DNA from: an uncultured Chitinophagaceae bacterium
GTDB lineage: Bacteria; Bacteroidota; Bacteroidia; Chitinophagales; Chitinophagaceae
DNA: 64,000 nucleotides
Direction of reading: 5' to 3'
Assembly: GCA_963704395.1 (NCBI GenBank)
Contig: OY969906.1
Span: 884,935-948,934 of the forward strand
In this document: piece by piece, positions 30,936 through 41,358 of the stretch
Numbering within the stretch: position 1 is the first letter of the stretch
How the letters are laid out: each line of letters opens with the position of its first letter
Made by a program: the position numbers and the translations under genes
The notes under the pieces: model-generated
What the model saw: the letters and a program-made list of their open reading frames with translations, nothing else
Databases searched by the model: none
What the model was told of the DNA's origin: nothing

Positions 30936-31487
30936 ATGATTTCACCGTCAAAAGGTTCTTTATTGATCGCCAACCCTTTTTTAAAAGATCCGAATTTCAG
31001 CCGGACAGTAATATTTATTTGCGAGAATGCTACTGAAGGAACATTTGGTTTGGTAATCAATAAACAATTCCCAAAAAATCTAAATGACCTTCTTCCTGAG
31101 CTCAACGGTCTGAATCTACCTGTATTTACCGGCGGTCCTGTGCAAGGCGATTCGCTTCATTTTTTGCACCAGTATCCTGACCTCATCGGTGGGGGGGAAG
31201 AAGTTTTTAAAGGAGTGTATTGGGGAGGTAATTTTGAAAGTTTATTAATTCATCTCAAAAATGATGATATCAGAATGGATAAAATTCGTTTTTTTATCGG
31301 TTACAGCGGCTGGACCGAAGGGCAATTAGGCATTGAGATGAAAGAAGGAAGTTGGCTAACAGTTGATGCTACACGAAAATTAATGTTTGAAACACCTTCT
31401 GATGACATCTGGAAAGAATCTTTGAATCATCTCGGAGGTGACTACAAAATGCTGGTGAATTATCCTACAGACCCGCAATTAAATTGA
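30936..31487 (+). CDS. YqgE/AlgH family protein
   Basis: DPNFSRTVI, GGPV, GYSGWTEGQL, WLTV, PTDPQLN. Confidence 0.92.
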   Translation: MISPSKGSLLIANPFLKDPNFSRTVIFICENATEGTFGLVINKQFPKNLNDLLPELNGLNLPVFTGGPVQGDSLHFLHQYPDLIGGGEEVFKGVYWGGNFESLLIHLKNDDIRMDKIRFFIGYSGWTEGQLGIEMKEGSWLTVDATRKLMFETPSDDIWKESLNHLGGDYKMLVNYPTDPQLN

Positions 31488-31570
31488 TTATAAACAGATG
31501 GTTTACAAATATCAGTAAAACAAAAAATTCTTTCTGATAAAAACACATTCATTATTTTTATAAAAAATAA

Positions 31571-32527
31571 TTGCTCTATCAATTTTTATTACTGCCGTCC
31601 CGGATTGCTATTCATTTTTATTGCCGTAAAATTATTATCGATAAAAAAGAGATGCTGCGCTTGCAAGGGCCATTGCTCATTGCAGCTAATCATCCCAATT
31701 CCTTTTTGGATGCTATCATAGTAGATACTCTTTTTAAATATCCCGTATATTCTTTGGCACGGGCCGACGCCTTTGCAGGCAAGTTCATCTCGAAAATCCT
31801 TAGCTCTTTACATATGCTTCCGGTTTACAGGGCGAGTGAAGGGGTAGAAAACCTGGGAAATAATTTTACGACTTTCAAAGCCTGCCAGGAATTGTTTAAG
31901 CAAAATAAAATCGTTCTGATTTTTAGTGAAGGAGGGTCTATCAATGAATGGCATCTGCGTCCATTAAAAAAAGGAACCGCACGCCTTGCTCTAAGGGCTT
32001 GGGAAAAAAATATTCCTTTAAAAGTGTTACCTCTTGGAATTAATTATAGCTCGTTCAGGTTTTATGGGAAAAATATAATCCTTAATTTTGGAAACATCAT
32101 TTCAAAAAGCGATTTGCATACTATAAAATCTGAAGGAAAATCAATCAGCGAATTCAACGAAAAATTAAATACTGAATTAAGCAAACTTATTTATGATATC
32201 GATAAAAAAGATCACAAAAAACTTGAAGATCAATTCTATATAAAAACCTCATTGCCAAAAAAAATTATTCTGTTTATCCCTGCAATTATTGGTTTTATTA
32301 TAAATGCACCTTTATATTTTACCATTCATTTAATCATTAAAAAACGCTCGCTCGATCATTACGATTCCATTATGACAGGATTGCTATTTTTTCTCTATCC
32401 CTTATACATATTGGGAATTTCAGTGATTGTGTTGTTTATTACAAAAAATCTGAATTCCTTCCTATTACTAGTTTTGTTGCCATTTACCCTTTGGAGTTAT
32501 ATGCAATTGAAAAAGCAGATATGCTAA
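31571..32527 (+). CDS. 1-acyl-sn-glycerol-3-phosphate acyltransferase family protein
   Basis: ANHPNSFLD (NHxxxxD) and IFSEG motifs, C-terminal TM helices; TTG start. Confidence 0.85.
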   Translation: MLYQFLLLPSRIAIHFYCRKIIIDKKEMLRLQGPLLIAANHPNSFLDAIIVDTLFKYPVYSLARADAFAGKFISKILSSLHMLPVYRASEGVENLGNNFTTFKACQELFKQNKIVLIFSEGGSINEWHLRPLKKGTARLALRAWEKNIPLKVLPLGINYSSFRFYGKNIILNFGNIISKSDLHTIKSEGKSISEFNEKLNTELSKLIYDIDKKDHKKLEDQFYIKTSLPKKIILFIPAIIGFIINAPLYFTIHLIIKKRSLDHYDSIMTGLLFFLYPLYILGISVIVLFITKNLNSFLLLVLLPFTLWSYMQLKKQIC

Positions 32528-32706
32528 AATGATGCGTCATCCAGTCCAAGCCTCATCTCACGCCCCGAATACCTTCATAAGAGACAGCCATCTTTTACTC
32601 TCATTCCCAAATAAAAAATAGGAATCTTTTTACCGGCAGATTGGTAGGTAGTGGCCAAAAAAAGAGGCTATCTTTTAGGGAGGGCACTGAAAAAGTCATT
32701 TAAAAT

Positions 32707-34155
32707 TTGTTAATAAAATTTCAATTTAGTGAGTATAGTTCACTTTATGATTTGATGGTACCAAAGGAAAATCTTCTGCGCAAGATCAACGATCTGATAG
32801 ATTTTTCTTTTGTATACAAGGAACTGGTAAATAAATATTGTCACAATAATGGCCGTACGGCTGAAAGCCCGGTTCGGATGTTCAAGTATCTATTACTTAA
32901 AACGATTTATGATATTTCTGATGTTGATGTTGTGGAGCGTTCACGTTTCGATATGTCGTTCAAGTATTTTTTGGATATGTCACCTGAGGATGATGTGATT
33001 AATTCAAGCTCACTTACAAAATTTAGAAAGCTACGGTTAAAAGATACAGACTTGTTGAACCTTCTGATAAATAAGACTGTGACCCTGGCGATTGAAAAAG
33101 GAGTAATCCGATCTAAATCTATCATTGTTGATGCTACCCATACTTTATCCAGATCAAATCCTTTCTCAGCCATCGAAGTGTTAAGAGAGCGCTCAAAACA
33201 ACTTCGAAAAACAATTTATAGCTATGATGAAGACTGGAAGAGTCGCATGCCGGAAAAGAATATTGATAATGATTTACAAAAGGAGTTAGCGTATTGTAAA
33301 GAGTTAAAAAGGATTGTTGAAAAAGAGCCATCCATTAACTCAATTCCTGCGGTACAGGAAAAATTGAATGTCTTAAGTGAAATGGTTGAAGACACGCAAG
33401 AAAATATTGTTTTATCAAAAGACGAGGATGCCAAAACAGGCCATAAATCCGCAGACAGTTCATTCTTTGGTTATAAGACACATTTAGCCATGACAGAAGA
33501 GCGGATAATAACAGCCGCAGTAGTAACATCAGGTGAAAAAGGTGATGGACCAGAGCTACCGAAACTTTTAGAAATTAGTCAGGACAATGGAATTGAAGTC
33601 GACACTATTATAGGCGACGCTGCTTACTCAGGAAAAGAAAACATTCAACTAACCAATGAACAGAATATTAAAATAGTTGCAAAACTCAATCCATCAATTA
33701 CGCAAGGTTTTAGAAAAAAGGAAGATCAATTTGATTATAATAAGGACGCTGACTTGTTTGTATGCCCGGCAGGACACCTGGCTACAAGAAAGGGCAGACA
33801 AGGGAAAAAGAATGTTGGAACCAACCAAACTAACACCTACTACTTTGATGTTGAGAAATGTAAGATCTGCCCTCTAAGAAACGGCTGCTATAAAGAGGGA
33901 GCAAAGTCAAAAACTTACTCTGTATCTATAAAATCAAACGTTCACCAGGAACAAATTGCTTTTCAAGAAACAAAATACTTCAAAGAAAAGGCCAGGCATC
34001 GATACAAAATAGAAGCAAAAAATAGTGAATTAAAAAATGTTCACGGATACAATAGAGCTTCATCGTACGGAATAAATAATATGCAGATCCAGGGAGCTAT
34101 GGCAATATTTACGGTGAATCTAAAAAGAATACTGAAACTAAGTGCAGAAATGTAA
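32707..34155 (+). CDS. IS1182-family DDE transposase
   Basis: GRTAESPVRMFK (DUF772-like), IIVDATH, GDAAYSG, FVCPAGH, CKICPLRNGC, RYKIEAKNSELK. Confidence 0.9.
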   Translation: MLIKFQFSEYSSLYDLMVPKENLLRKINDLIDFSFVYKELVNKYCHNNGRTAESPVRMFKYLLLKTIYDISDVDVVERSRFDMSFKYFLDMSPEDDVINSSSLTKFRKLRLKDTDLLNLLINKTVTLAIEKGVIRSKSIIVDATHTLSRSNPFSAIEVLRERSKQLRKTIYSYDEDWKSRMPEKNIDNDLQKELAYCKELKRIVEKEPSINSIPAVQEKLNVLSEMVEDTQENIVLSKDEDAKTGHKSADSSFFGYKTHLAMTEERIITAAVVTSGEKGDGPELPKLLEISQDNGIEVDTIIGDAAYSGKENIQLTNEQNIKIVAKLNPSITQGFRKKEDQFDYNKDADLFVCPAGHLATRKGRQGKKNVGTNQTNTYYFDVEKCKICPLRNGCYKEGAKSKTYSVSIKSNVHQEQIAFQETKYFKEKARHRYKIEAKNSELKNVHGYNRASSYGINNMQIQGAMAIFTVNLKRILKLSAEM

Positions 34156-34250
34156 TCAGCATAAATAAATTGGCTAAAACCTTCTCAAACCACTACTGTC
34201 AAGACAAAAAGAGCCTAAAAGCCGCCCCCGTTACTCCTACCGGAAAGAAT

Positions 34251-34298
34251 GAAAATAAAAAGCGACTAAGCTAAAAACCGATTTAACTTAGTCGCTTT
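34251..34298 (-). terminator. IS-internal hairpin terminator facing incoming fusA transcription
   Basis: 12-bp perfect stem AAAGCGACTAAG (34259-34270) / CTTAGTCGCTTT (34287-34298) with a T-rich tail on the minus strand. Confidence 0.6.
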
Positions 34299-34380
34299 AC
34301 AAATTTTGTTCTACAAAGCAGAGGCTTTTTCAGTGCCCTCCTTTTAGGACAGCCTCTTTAAAAGTAGTACCGAAATCAAA

Positions 34381-36528
34381 TTAATCTTCTATTTTCACTT
34401 TCCCTTTCTGTTTTGCCACCACTTCTTCTGCGATATTATTTGGAGCGGGAGCATAATGGCTGAATTCCATTGTGGATGTTGCCCGGCCGCTAGATAATGA
34501 ACGTAATTGTGTTACATAACCAAACATTTCGCTTAACGGCACTTTTGCTTTTATAACCTGTACACCATGCTTGGTATCCATTCCTTCCAACATTCCACGA
34601 CGACGGTTTAAATCTCCGGTTACATCCCCCATGTATTGATCAGGCGTAAGCACTTCTACTTTCATGATCGGTTCCAGCAAAACCGGTTTTGCTTTACGGC
34701 CTGCTTCACGGTAACCCTGTTTGGCACACAATTCAAAAGACATGGAGTCTGAGTCTACCTGATGAAACGATCCATCAAATACCCTAACTTTCATATTTTC
34801 CATTGGATAACTTGCCAAAACACCAGTCGTCATTGCGGTTTCAAAGCCTTTCTGTATAGCAGGAACAAATTCTTTGGGAATGGAACCTCCAAATAAGCCA
34901 TTTACAAACTGGAAATTACCTTTTCCTTCTTTCAAAAATTCTTCATCGGCAGGTCCTATTTCAAAAACAATATCAGCAAATTTACCACGCCCACCGGTTT
35001 GCTTTTTGAGCACTTCGCGGTGTTCAATAGTTTGCCTGAATGCTTCTTTATAAGCCACCTGCGGCGCTCCCTGGTTGATCTCTACTTTAAATTCGCGTTT
35101 CAAACGGTCAATAATAATTTCCAGATGCAACTCACCCATTCCGCGTAGGATTGTTTGCCCGGTTTCTTCATCCGTATTCACACGAAGTGTAGGATCTTCT
35201 TCAACCAATTTAGAAATAGCCAATCCCATTTTGTCAACGTCAGCCTGTGTTTTAGGTTCAATTGCTATAGCAATAACCGGTTCAGGAAATGTCATCGCTT
35301 CCAAAACTATAGGGTGCTTTTCATCACATAAAGTATCCCCTGTTTTTATATCTTTAAAACCAACAGCCGCGCCAATATCACCTGCCTGAATATATTCTAC
35401 AGGGTTTTGTTTATTAGCATGCATCTGCATGATCCTCGAAATTCTTTCATTTTTCCCGGTGCGGGTATTCAATACATAAGAACCAGAATTAAGTCGTCCA
35501 CTATAAGCCCGGAAAAATGCCAAACGTCCAACAAAAGGATCAGTAGCTATTTTAAAAGCCAGCCCGCTGAAAGGTTCTTTAGGATCACAATGACGTACAA
35601 CTTCTTCTCCCGTATCAGGATTGATTCCTTTGATCGCTTCAATATCCATCGGCCCCGGCAGGTAGCGCACAATCGCATCAAGGGCAGCCTGCACACCTTT
35701 ATTTTTAAATGAGGAGCCACACATCATCGGGATGATCGACAAATCAATGGTCGCTTTGCGAATGGCTTCATGCATTTCATCTTCAGTAATGGTGTTAGGA
35801 TCATCAAAGAATTTCTCCAATAATTTTTCATCATACTCTGCAACTGCCTCCACCAAATGTTGTCTCCATTCTGCTACATCCTCTTTCATATCTTCAGGAA
35901 TAGGCACTTCTTCAAAAGTCATTCCCTGCGTAGCATCGTCCCAAACAATTCCTTTCATGGTAATCAGATCCACCACACCTTTAAAGTTATCTTCGGCGCC
36001 GATGGGCAATTGCAAAGGAACCGCCTTGGCTCCCAACATTTCCTTTACCTGTTTTACCACATTTAAGAAATCAGCACCCGAGCGATCCATTTTATTTACA
36101 AATCCAATTCGTGGTACTTTATATTTATTGGCCTGGCGCCAAACAGTTTCGCTTTGAGGTTCAACACCACTTACAGCGCAAAACAATGACAATAATCCAT
36201 CTAATACGCGTAGCGAACGTTCCACTTCCACAGTAAAGTCCACGTGGCCCGGAGTGTCAATAATGTTGAATTTATATAAATGCGAATCAGGCGTTTTTTT
36301 ACCCTGGGCAGTTGGGAAGTTCCAAAAGCAGGTAGTAGCGGCGGAAGTGATGGTAATACCTCGTTCCTGTTCCTGTGCCATCCAGTCCATAGTTGCTGCG
36401 CCATCATGCACTTCCCCTATTTTATGGTTTACACCCGTGTAATACAGAATTCGCTCTGTAGTAGTGGTTTTACCGGCATCAATGTGAGCAGCAATACCAA
36501 AGTTTCTTTGAAATTTTAAGTCGGCCAT
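34381..36528 (-). CDS. fusA: Elongation factor G
   Basis: [30 protein letters not shown]. Confidence 0.99.
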   Translation of the reverse strand: MADLKFQRNFGIAAHIDAGKTTTTERILYYTGVNHKIGEVHDGAATMDWMAQEQERGITITSAATTCFWNFPTAQGKKTPDSHLYKFNIIDTPGHVDFTVEVERSLRVLDGLLSLFCAVSGVEPQSETVWRQANKYKVPRIGFVNKMDRSGADFLNVVKQVKEMLGAKAVPLQLPIGAEDNFKGVVDLITMKGIVWDDATQGMTFEEVPIPEDMKEDVAEWRQHLVEAVAEYDEKLLEKFFDDPNTITEDEMHEAIRKATIDLSIIPMMCGSSFKNKGVQAALDAIVRYLPGPMDIEAIKGINPDTGEEVVRHCDPKEPFSGLAFKIATDPFVGRLAFFRAYSGRLNSGSYVLNTRTGKNERISRIMQMHANKQNPVEYIQAGDIGAAVGFKDIKTGDTLCDEKHPIVLEAMTFPEPVIAIAIEPKTQADVDKMGLAISKLVEEDPTLRVNTDEETGQTILRGMGELHLEIIIDRLKREFKVEINQGAPQVAYKEAFRQTIEHREVLKKQTGGRGKFADIVFEIGPADEEFLKEGKGNFQFVNGLFGGSIPKEFVPAIQKGFETAMTTGVLASYPMENMKVRVFDGSFHQVDSDSMSFELCAKQGYREAGRKAKPVLLEPIMKVEVLTPDQYMGDVTGDLNRRRGMLEGMDTKHGVQVIKAKVPLSEMFGYVTQLRSLSSGRATSTMEFSHYAPAPNNIAEEVVAKQKGKVKIED

Positions 36529-36662
36529 TTGGCTTGTTTTTATTTTTTACTATTAAATACCACCTCCGTATTTATAATATTTTTATCCAAAAATGGATCA
36601 CCATTCCCCGCAGTTTCCCCGCATTTTTTCTCCAATTCAGGAAATTATAAATTTAGAGGGCG

Positions 36663-36670
36663 CAAAGGTA
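36663..36670 (-). promoter_or_regulatory. -7 box TACCTTTG, internal promoter for fusA
   Basis: Exact TAnnTTTG match in the rpsG-fusA spacer. Confidence 0.65.
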
Positions 36671-36846
36671 CGAAGATTTAGTAAAAAATTGGTTACTCTA
36701 ACCAAGTAATTCTATAAAAAAAGTGAGGTCCAGAAAGTGAGGGGTGATAAAAACCAAATAAATTTTTTAAATATTTTTAATTCAATTGGTATGGCATAAA
36801 AAACCTTCCAGAAATAAGAAAGATTACTTGTCGAGATCCAATATTA

Positions 36847-37314
36847 TTATATTCTGAAATGTGCAAATGCTTTATTAGCGTCGGCCATCCGGTGAGTATC
36901 TTCTTTCTTTTTGAATGCAGCTCCTTCCCCTTTGCTTGCCGCTACGATTTCATTAGCTAATTTTTCGGACATGCTGCGGCCGTTTCTGTCACGGCTATAT
37001 TTAATAAGCCATTTGATGCTTAGAGATACCTTTCTGTCGGCACGAACTTCTGAAGGTATTTGAAAAGTAGCGCCACCAATTCTGCGGCTTTTTACTTCTA
37101 CTCCGGGAGTTACATTTGATAAGGCTTTTTTCCAAACTTCATATCCGTCCTCACCTGAAATCTTGGTTACTTTATCAATAGCGTCGTAAAATATGCTGTA
37201 CGCACCGCTTTTTTTCCCTTCCCACATCAGGTTATTTACAAAGCGGGTTACTAATTTATCCTGGAATTTGGGATCCGGGGCTAATGGAAGTTTTTTTGCT
37301 TGAGCTTTACGCAT
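36847..37314 (-). CDS. rpsG: 30S ribosomal protein S7
   Basis: SRRIGGATFQIP, THRMADANKAFAHF. Confidence 0.99.
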   Translation of the reverse strand: MRKAQAKKLPLAPDPKFQDKLVTRFVNNLMWEGKKSGAYSIFYDAIDKVTKISGEDGYEVWKKALSNVTPGVEVKSRRIGGATFQIPSEVRADRKVSLSIKWLIKYSRDRNGRSMSEKLANEIVAASKGEGAAFKKKEDTHRMADANKAFAHFRI

Positions 37315-37404
37315 GATTCTTTTATTTTTTCTCGCCTGTACTGTCCCGTATTGACGAATGTTAAATTTTGTTAAGGTAATTACCAGATGATGGACATCAA
37401 ATTA

Positions 37405-37785
37405 TTACTTCTTTGCTTTTTCTTTCTTAGTACCGTATTTGGAACGGCTTTGTTTGCGGTCTTTTACACCGGCGGTATCAAGGCTGCCACGTACAATATG
37501 ATATCGGACTCCAGGAAGATCTTTTACTCTTCCCCCGCGAAGCAATACTATTGAATGCTCCTGAAGATTATGTCCTTCGCCCGGAATATAAGCAATTACT
37601 TCAATCTTATTGGTAAGTCGAACTTTGGCCACCTTCCTCAATGCTGAGTTCGGCTTTTTAGGGGTAGTAGTATATACTCTGGTACAAACTCCCCGGCGTT
37701 GCGGGCAGCTATCAAGCGCTCTTGATTTGCTTTTTGCTCTTATTATAGTTCTTCCTTTTCTTACTAATTGTTGTATAGTAGGCAT
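37405..37785 (-). CDS. rpsL: 30S ribosomal protein S12
   Basis: [12 protein letters not shown] start, [21 protein letters not shown]. Confidence 0.99.
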   Translation of the reverse strand: MPTIQQLVRKGRTIIRAKSKSRALDSCPQRRGVCTRVYTTTPKKPNSALRKVAKVRLTNKIEVIAYIPGEGHNLQEHSIVLLRGGRVKDLPGVRYHIVRGSLDTAGVKDRKQSRSKYGTKKEKAKK

Positions 37786-37812
37786 TATGTTTACCTTGAT
37801 TTTTTTGGACGG

Positions 37813-37820
37813 CAAAGGTA
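37813..37820 (-). promoter_or_regulatory. -7 box TACCTTTG of rpsL
   Basis: Exact TAnnTTTG match 27 bp upstream of the ATG. Confidence 0.7.
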
Positions 37821-37926
37821 AGTGCAGGTTTGCGAAAAACCAAAATTATTTGGAGGAGGGAAAAACGAAGTGTTCACTTAGAAAACGAAAGCGTACTTTA
37901 AAAACATATAATTAGCAATTCTCGGC

Positions 37927-38991
37927 TTATACCTTGACCATCCATCCATATATATCTTCAGCTCTGCCTTCTTTTATATCATTCATTCTATTTTTAATCT
38001 GAGGAGCTACTTCCCACTTTTGAGTTTCGAATCTCATCACAAAATCCTTATATGTGAGTTCTTTTATCGGGGATATGGTAGCGGCTGTACCGGTGCCAAA
38101 AACTTCCCGAAGATTTCTTTTTTTATAGGCTTCCATTATTTCATCAATACTCAGGCGTCTTTCTTCAACTTGCAGACCTGTTTCTTTGACTAACTGAATT
38201 ACGCTATCTCTGGTAACCCCTTCCAGTATTGTACCTTCGCTTAAGGAAGGTGTAATTACTTTATTACCTATAATAAAAAACACATTCATAGTGCCGCATT
38301 CCTGCACGTATTTATGTTCAAAAGCGTCCATCCATAATATCTGGTCATATCCTTTTCTTTTGGCCTCTGCTGTGGGAAACATGGATGCTCCGTAATTGCC
38401 GGCGGTTTTCACATAACCAACCCCACCAGGAACAGCACGCACATATTTTTCTTCTGCATAAATTCGCATAGGAGTACTGTAATATGGCCCTGTCGGGCTT
38501 AAAATAATCATGAATTTATATTTCAGACCCGACCTTACTCCTATAGCTTCATCGGTACTGAACATAAACGGCCTAATATACAATGAAAAATCATCTTTGG
38601 CAGGCACCCAACTCTTGTCCAACTTTATCAATTGTTTCATTCCATCCATAAAAATTTCTTCAGGAATTGTTGGCATATCCATTCTTTCTGCAGAAATATT
38701 AAACCGCCTGAAATTGTCCTCCGGTCTGAAAATGCAGACTTCTCCGGATATATTCCTATAGGCCTTTATTCCTTCAAAAATAGCTTGACCGTAATGTAAC
38801 GCAGCACAGGAAGGATCAAAAGTTATTGCCTGGTAGGGCTTTATTTCAACTTCACCCCACTCACCGTGTTCATAATTTACCTCCAGATTATGATCAGTAA
38901 AATATTTCCCGAAGGGTAAATTTTCTAGGTCCAATGAATCCAATTTACTACTTTTAGTTTTTGTAATTTTAATATTCGCTGTGCCAACCAT
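37927..38991 (-). CDS. ilvE: Branched-chain amino acid aminotransferase
   Basis: LHYGQAIFEGIKAY, LYIRPF, KTAGNYG, ECGTMNVF, ILEGVTR, GTAATI. Confidence 0.95.
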   Translation of the reverse strand: MVGTANIKITKTKSSKLDSLDLENLPFGKYFTDHNLEVNYEHGEWGEVEIKPYQAITFDPSCAALHYGQAIFEGIKAYRNISGEVCIFRPEDNFRRFNISAERMDMPTIPEEIFMDGMKQLIKLDKSWVPAKDDFSLYIRPFMFSTDEAIGVRSGLKYKFMIILSPTGPYYSTPMRIYAEEKYVRAVPGGVGYVKTAGNYGASMFPTAEAKRKGYDQILWMDAFEHKYVQECGTMNVFFIIGNKVITPSLSEGTILEGVTRDSVIQLVKETGLQVEERRLSIDEIMEAYKKRNLREVFGTGTAATISPIKELTYKDFVMRFETQKWEVAPQIKNRMNDIKEGRAEDIYGWMVKV

Positions 38992-39043
38992 ATCGCTATT
39001 TTTGTCACAAAGGAACGAAAAAAAGAGAATCTAAAATAGTTTT

Positions 39044-39544
39044 ATGGGTATAGATAATATTCAACTTTCCAAAAAAGAACGCCAAATTCTTTTTTCAAAA
39101 AATTTGGTAGCCATCATTCAAGATGAAAATTTGAAAAGTGTTTCAAAAGAAATCAAAATTAATAGCCTCGGTAGAAATGAGCAACATATCCTTTTTCTTG
39201 TTAAGGATTCACAAAATAAATTCTTACCGGACGACGAAATGGATTTGCTTTCGAACCTCGTGATCGCCTGCCAACTTTCGCTAGCAGATATTGCATTGGT
39301 AAATGTAGATTCACTTCATTTCAATTACCAGGAGATAATGGAATACTTTAAGCCTAAAAAGATTTTGATGTTTGGCATCACTACTTCTGAGTTGGAATTG
39401 CCCTTTTCTATTCCCAATTTTCAGGTACAGCAATTTCAGAATCAATTGTATTTAACATCTCCTCCTCTCCGAGATTATTTGAAAAATAAAAAGCTGAAAA
39501 AAGAATTGTGGCTAAATCTTCAAAAATTATTTTTATTAAAATGA
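39044..39544 (+). CDS. Conserved hypothetical protein
   Basis: Clean 166-aa ORF, upstream TATTTTTG box at 38997-39004, stop overlaps the rdgB start. Confidence 0.7.
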   Translation: MGIDNIQLSKKERQILFSKNLVAIIQDENLKSVSKEIKINSLGRNEQHILFLVKDSQNKFLPDDEMDLLSNLVIACQLSLADIALVNVDSLHFNYQEIMEYFKPKKILMFGITTSELELPFSIPNFQVQQFQNQLYLTSPPLRDYLKNKKLKKELWLNLQKLFLLK

Positions 39545-40122
39545 ATGCCATCATTTTTGCTACCAACAATCACAATAAAGTAACAGAAGTAAGAAGTATT
39601 CTTACCAACAAATTTAAACTACTTTCCCTTTCGGAAGCAGGGATTGATATTGATATCCCTGAACCACACCAAACGCTTGAAGAAAATGCCAGGGAAAAAG
39701 CAAGGGTAATTCATCAACTCACTAATGATGATTGTTTTGCAGAAGATACGGGCCTCGAAGTAGAAATTTTAAATGGTGAACCGGGAGTAAAAAGCGCCCG
39801 TTATGCAGGTAATAACCGATCTTTTGAAAAAAATATTGATAAATTATTGACTAATTTAGTAAACAAAACAAACCGGAAAGCGCAATTCCGTACTGTTATC
39901 TGTTTAATACGTAATGGGAAAGAGACACTTTTTGAAGGTGTTTGCGAAGGAAGTATTATTGCAGAACGCAGAGGTGCGTCAGGGTTTGGCTATGACGCCG
40001 TATTTGCGCCGAAAGGCTCCCCAAAAACCTTCGCAGAAATGACCCTTACCGAAAAGAATTATTTTAGTCATAGAAAAAAAGCAATAGAAAAATTTCTCAC
40101 TTATTTACGGAAAGGGAAATAA
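39541..40122 (+). CDS. rdgB: Non-canonical purine NTP pyrophosphatase (RdgB/HAM1)
   Basis: FATNNHNK, EDTGL, PGVKSARYAG, FGYDAVF, SHRKKA; start trimmed to MNAIIF. Confidence 0.93.
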   Translation: MNAIIFATNNHNKVTEVRSILTNKFKLLSLSEAGIDIDIPEPHQTLEENAREKARVIHQLTNDDCFAEDTGLEVEILNGEPGVKSARYAGNNRSFEKNIDKLLTNLVNKTNRKAQFRTVICLIRNGKETLFEGVCEGSIIAERRGASGFGYDAVFAPKGSPKTFAEMTLTEKNYFSHRKKAIEKFLTYLRKGK

Positions 40123-40160
40123 TATGTATTTTCTGATATTCTTAAAAACATTACAATAAT

Positions 40161-40721
40161 TTGACTTACCCAGGCAACCAATTTCCTGCTGAATCCGACT
40201 TAATTAAAGGATGTGTTGATGAAGACCCCCAAATGCTAAGGTTGCTTTATGACAGGTTTTCTTCAATGATGTACGCAGTATGTATAAGGTATTCAGATAA
40301 TACAGAAGATGCCAAAGACATAATGCAGGAAGGTTTTATAAAAGTCTATAAAAGTTTAAGCAAGTTCAGAGCCGAGGGTTCTTTTGAGGGATGGGTAAGA
40401 CGCATTTTTATAAATACATCAATCGAACATTATAAAAAAAGGATAAAATTATATAATGTATCCGATATGCCGGATAATACTGCCGAAGATAGTAATTTGA
40501 ATGCGATGGATGTTCTGGAAGCCAAAGATATTATGAAATTAATCAGTGAATTACCGCGAGGATACAAATGGGTTTTTAACCTGCATGTAGTAGAAGGGTA
40601 TTCACATTTCGAAATTGCCCTCATGCTGGGCATCACAGAAGGAACCAGTAAATCACAATTGGCAAGAGGAAAGGGAGTTTTGAAGAAAATATTAATCAGC
40701 AGAAAAAGCTATCAAAAATAA
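40161..40721 (+). CDS. ECF RNA polymerase sigma factor
   Basis: AKDIMQEGFIK, FEGWVRRIFIN, VEGYSHFEIA, GTSKSQLAR. Confidence 0.9.
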   Translation: MTYPGNQFPAESDLIKGCVDEDPQMLRLLYDRFSSMMYAVCIRYSDNTEDAKDIMQEGFIKVYKSLSKFRAEGSFEGWVRRIFINTSIEHYKKRIKLYNVSDMPDNTAEDSNLNAMDVLEAKDIMKLISELPRGYKWVFNLHVVEGYSHFEIALMLGITEGTSKSQLARGKGVLKKILISRKSYQK

Positions 40722-40756
40722 ATTTTTATTTTTTCAGGAATGGGATATAAAATATA

Positions 40757-41353
40757 ATGCAGAATTTTAAAAACAAATTATACAATTATGAAACGCCTCC
40801 TCCCGAGGAAATATGGGATCATATTGAGGATGAACTCGAAAATGAGAAAATTTTAACAATACCGGGTTTTCGAAAAAATAAATTCCTCTTTTATGGCGCT
40901 ACAGCCGCAGCTTCTGTAGCTATTATCTTATTAGGTACTGTATTTCTTAAAAAGGATATTACCTCTAATGGCACGTCAAGAGCAACCTCAGAAAAAACCA
41001 ATCAATTGACACCGGAGAAAATACAGGTTTCTATCAATCGTAATCAGCAAATTTTAAAATCCATTATCAATGATCCCCAAGTGAAAAAAGAAATTATTTT
41101 GAACAATTCCCATCTGAGTGAGGCTACAAAAAAATATATAACTATTGCAAACCCGGAAGGACAGCCGGTGAAAATTTCTCCAAAAGTAGCTACCCTCATC
41201 ATTTCAGCGGACAATGAATATCCCCCCAAACCAGTATGGACAAAGGAAATACGCAAATGGCAACAAATCATGTTAAACAATACAGTATCTCCTACATCTG
41301 CCAATTTTATTGATATCATACAAATCGCTGCATGTAATGATAATATCGAATAA
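40757..41353 (+). CDS. Probable single-TM anti-sigma factor-like protein
   Basis: Directly after the ECF gene; N-terminal PPEEIWDHI motif then one TM helix. Confidence 0.6.
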   Translation: MQNFKNKLYNYETPPPEEIWDHIEDELENEKILTIPGFRKNKFLFYGATAAASVAIILLGTVFLKKDITSNGTSRATSEKTNQLTPEKIQVSINRNQQILKSIINDPQVKKEIILNNSHLSEATKKYITIANPEGQPVKISPKVATLIISADNEYPPKPVWTKEIRKWQQIMLNNTVSPTSANFIDIIQIAACNDNIE

Positions 41354-41358
41354 ACAGT

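Larger units (their letters stand above)
32680..34340 (+). mobile_element. Intact IS1182-family insertion sequence
   Basis: Perfect 16-bp IRs GAGGGCACTGAAAAAG (32680-32695) and CTTTTTCAGTGCCCTC (34325-34340); 8-bp target duplication CTTTTAGG at 32672-32679 and 34341-34348. Confidence 0.92.
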
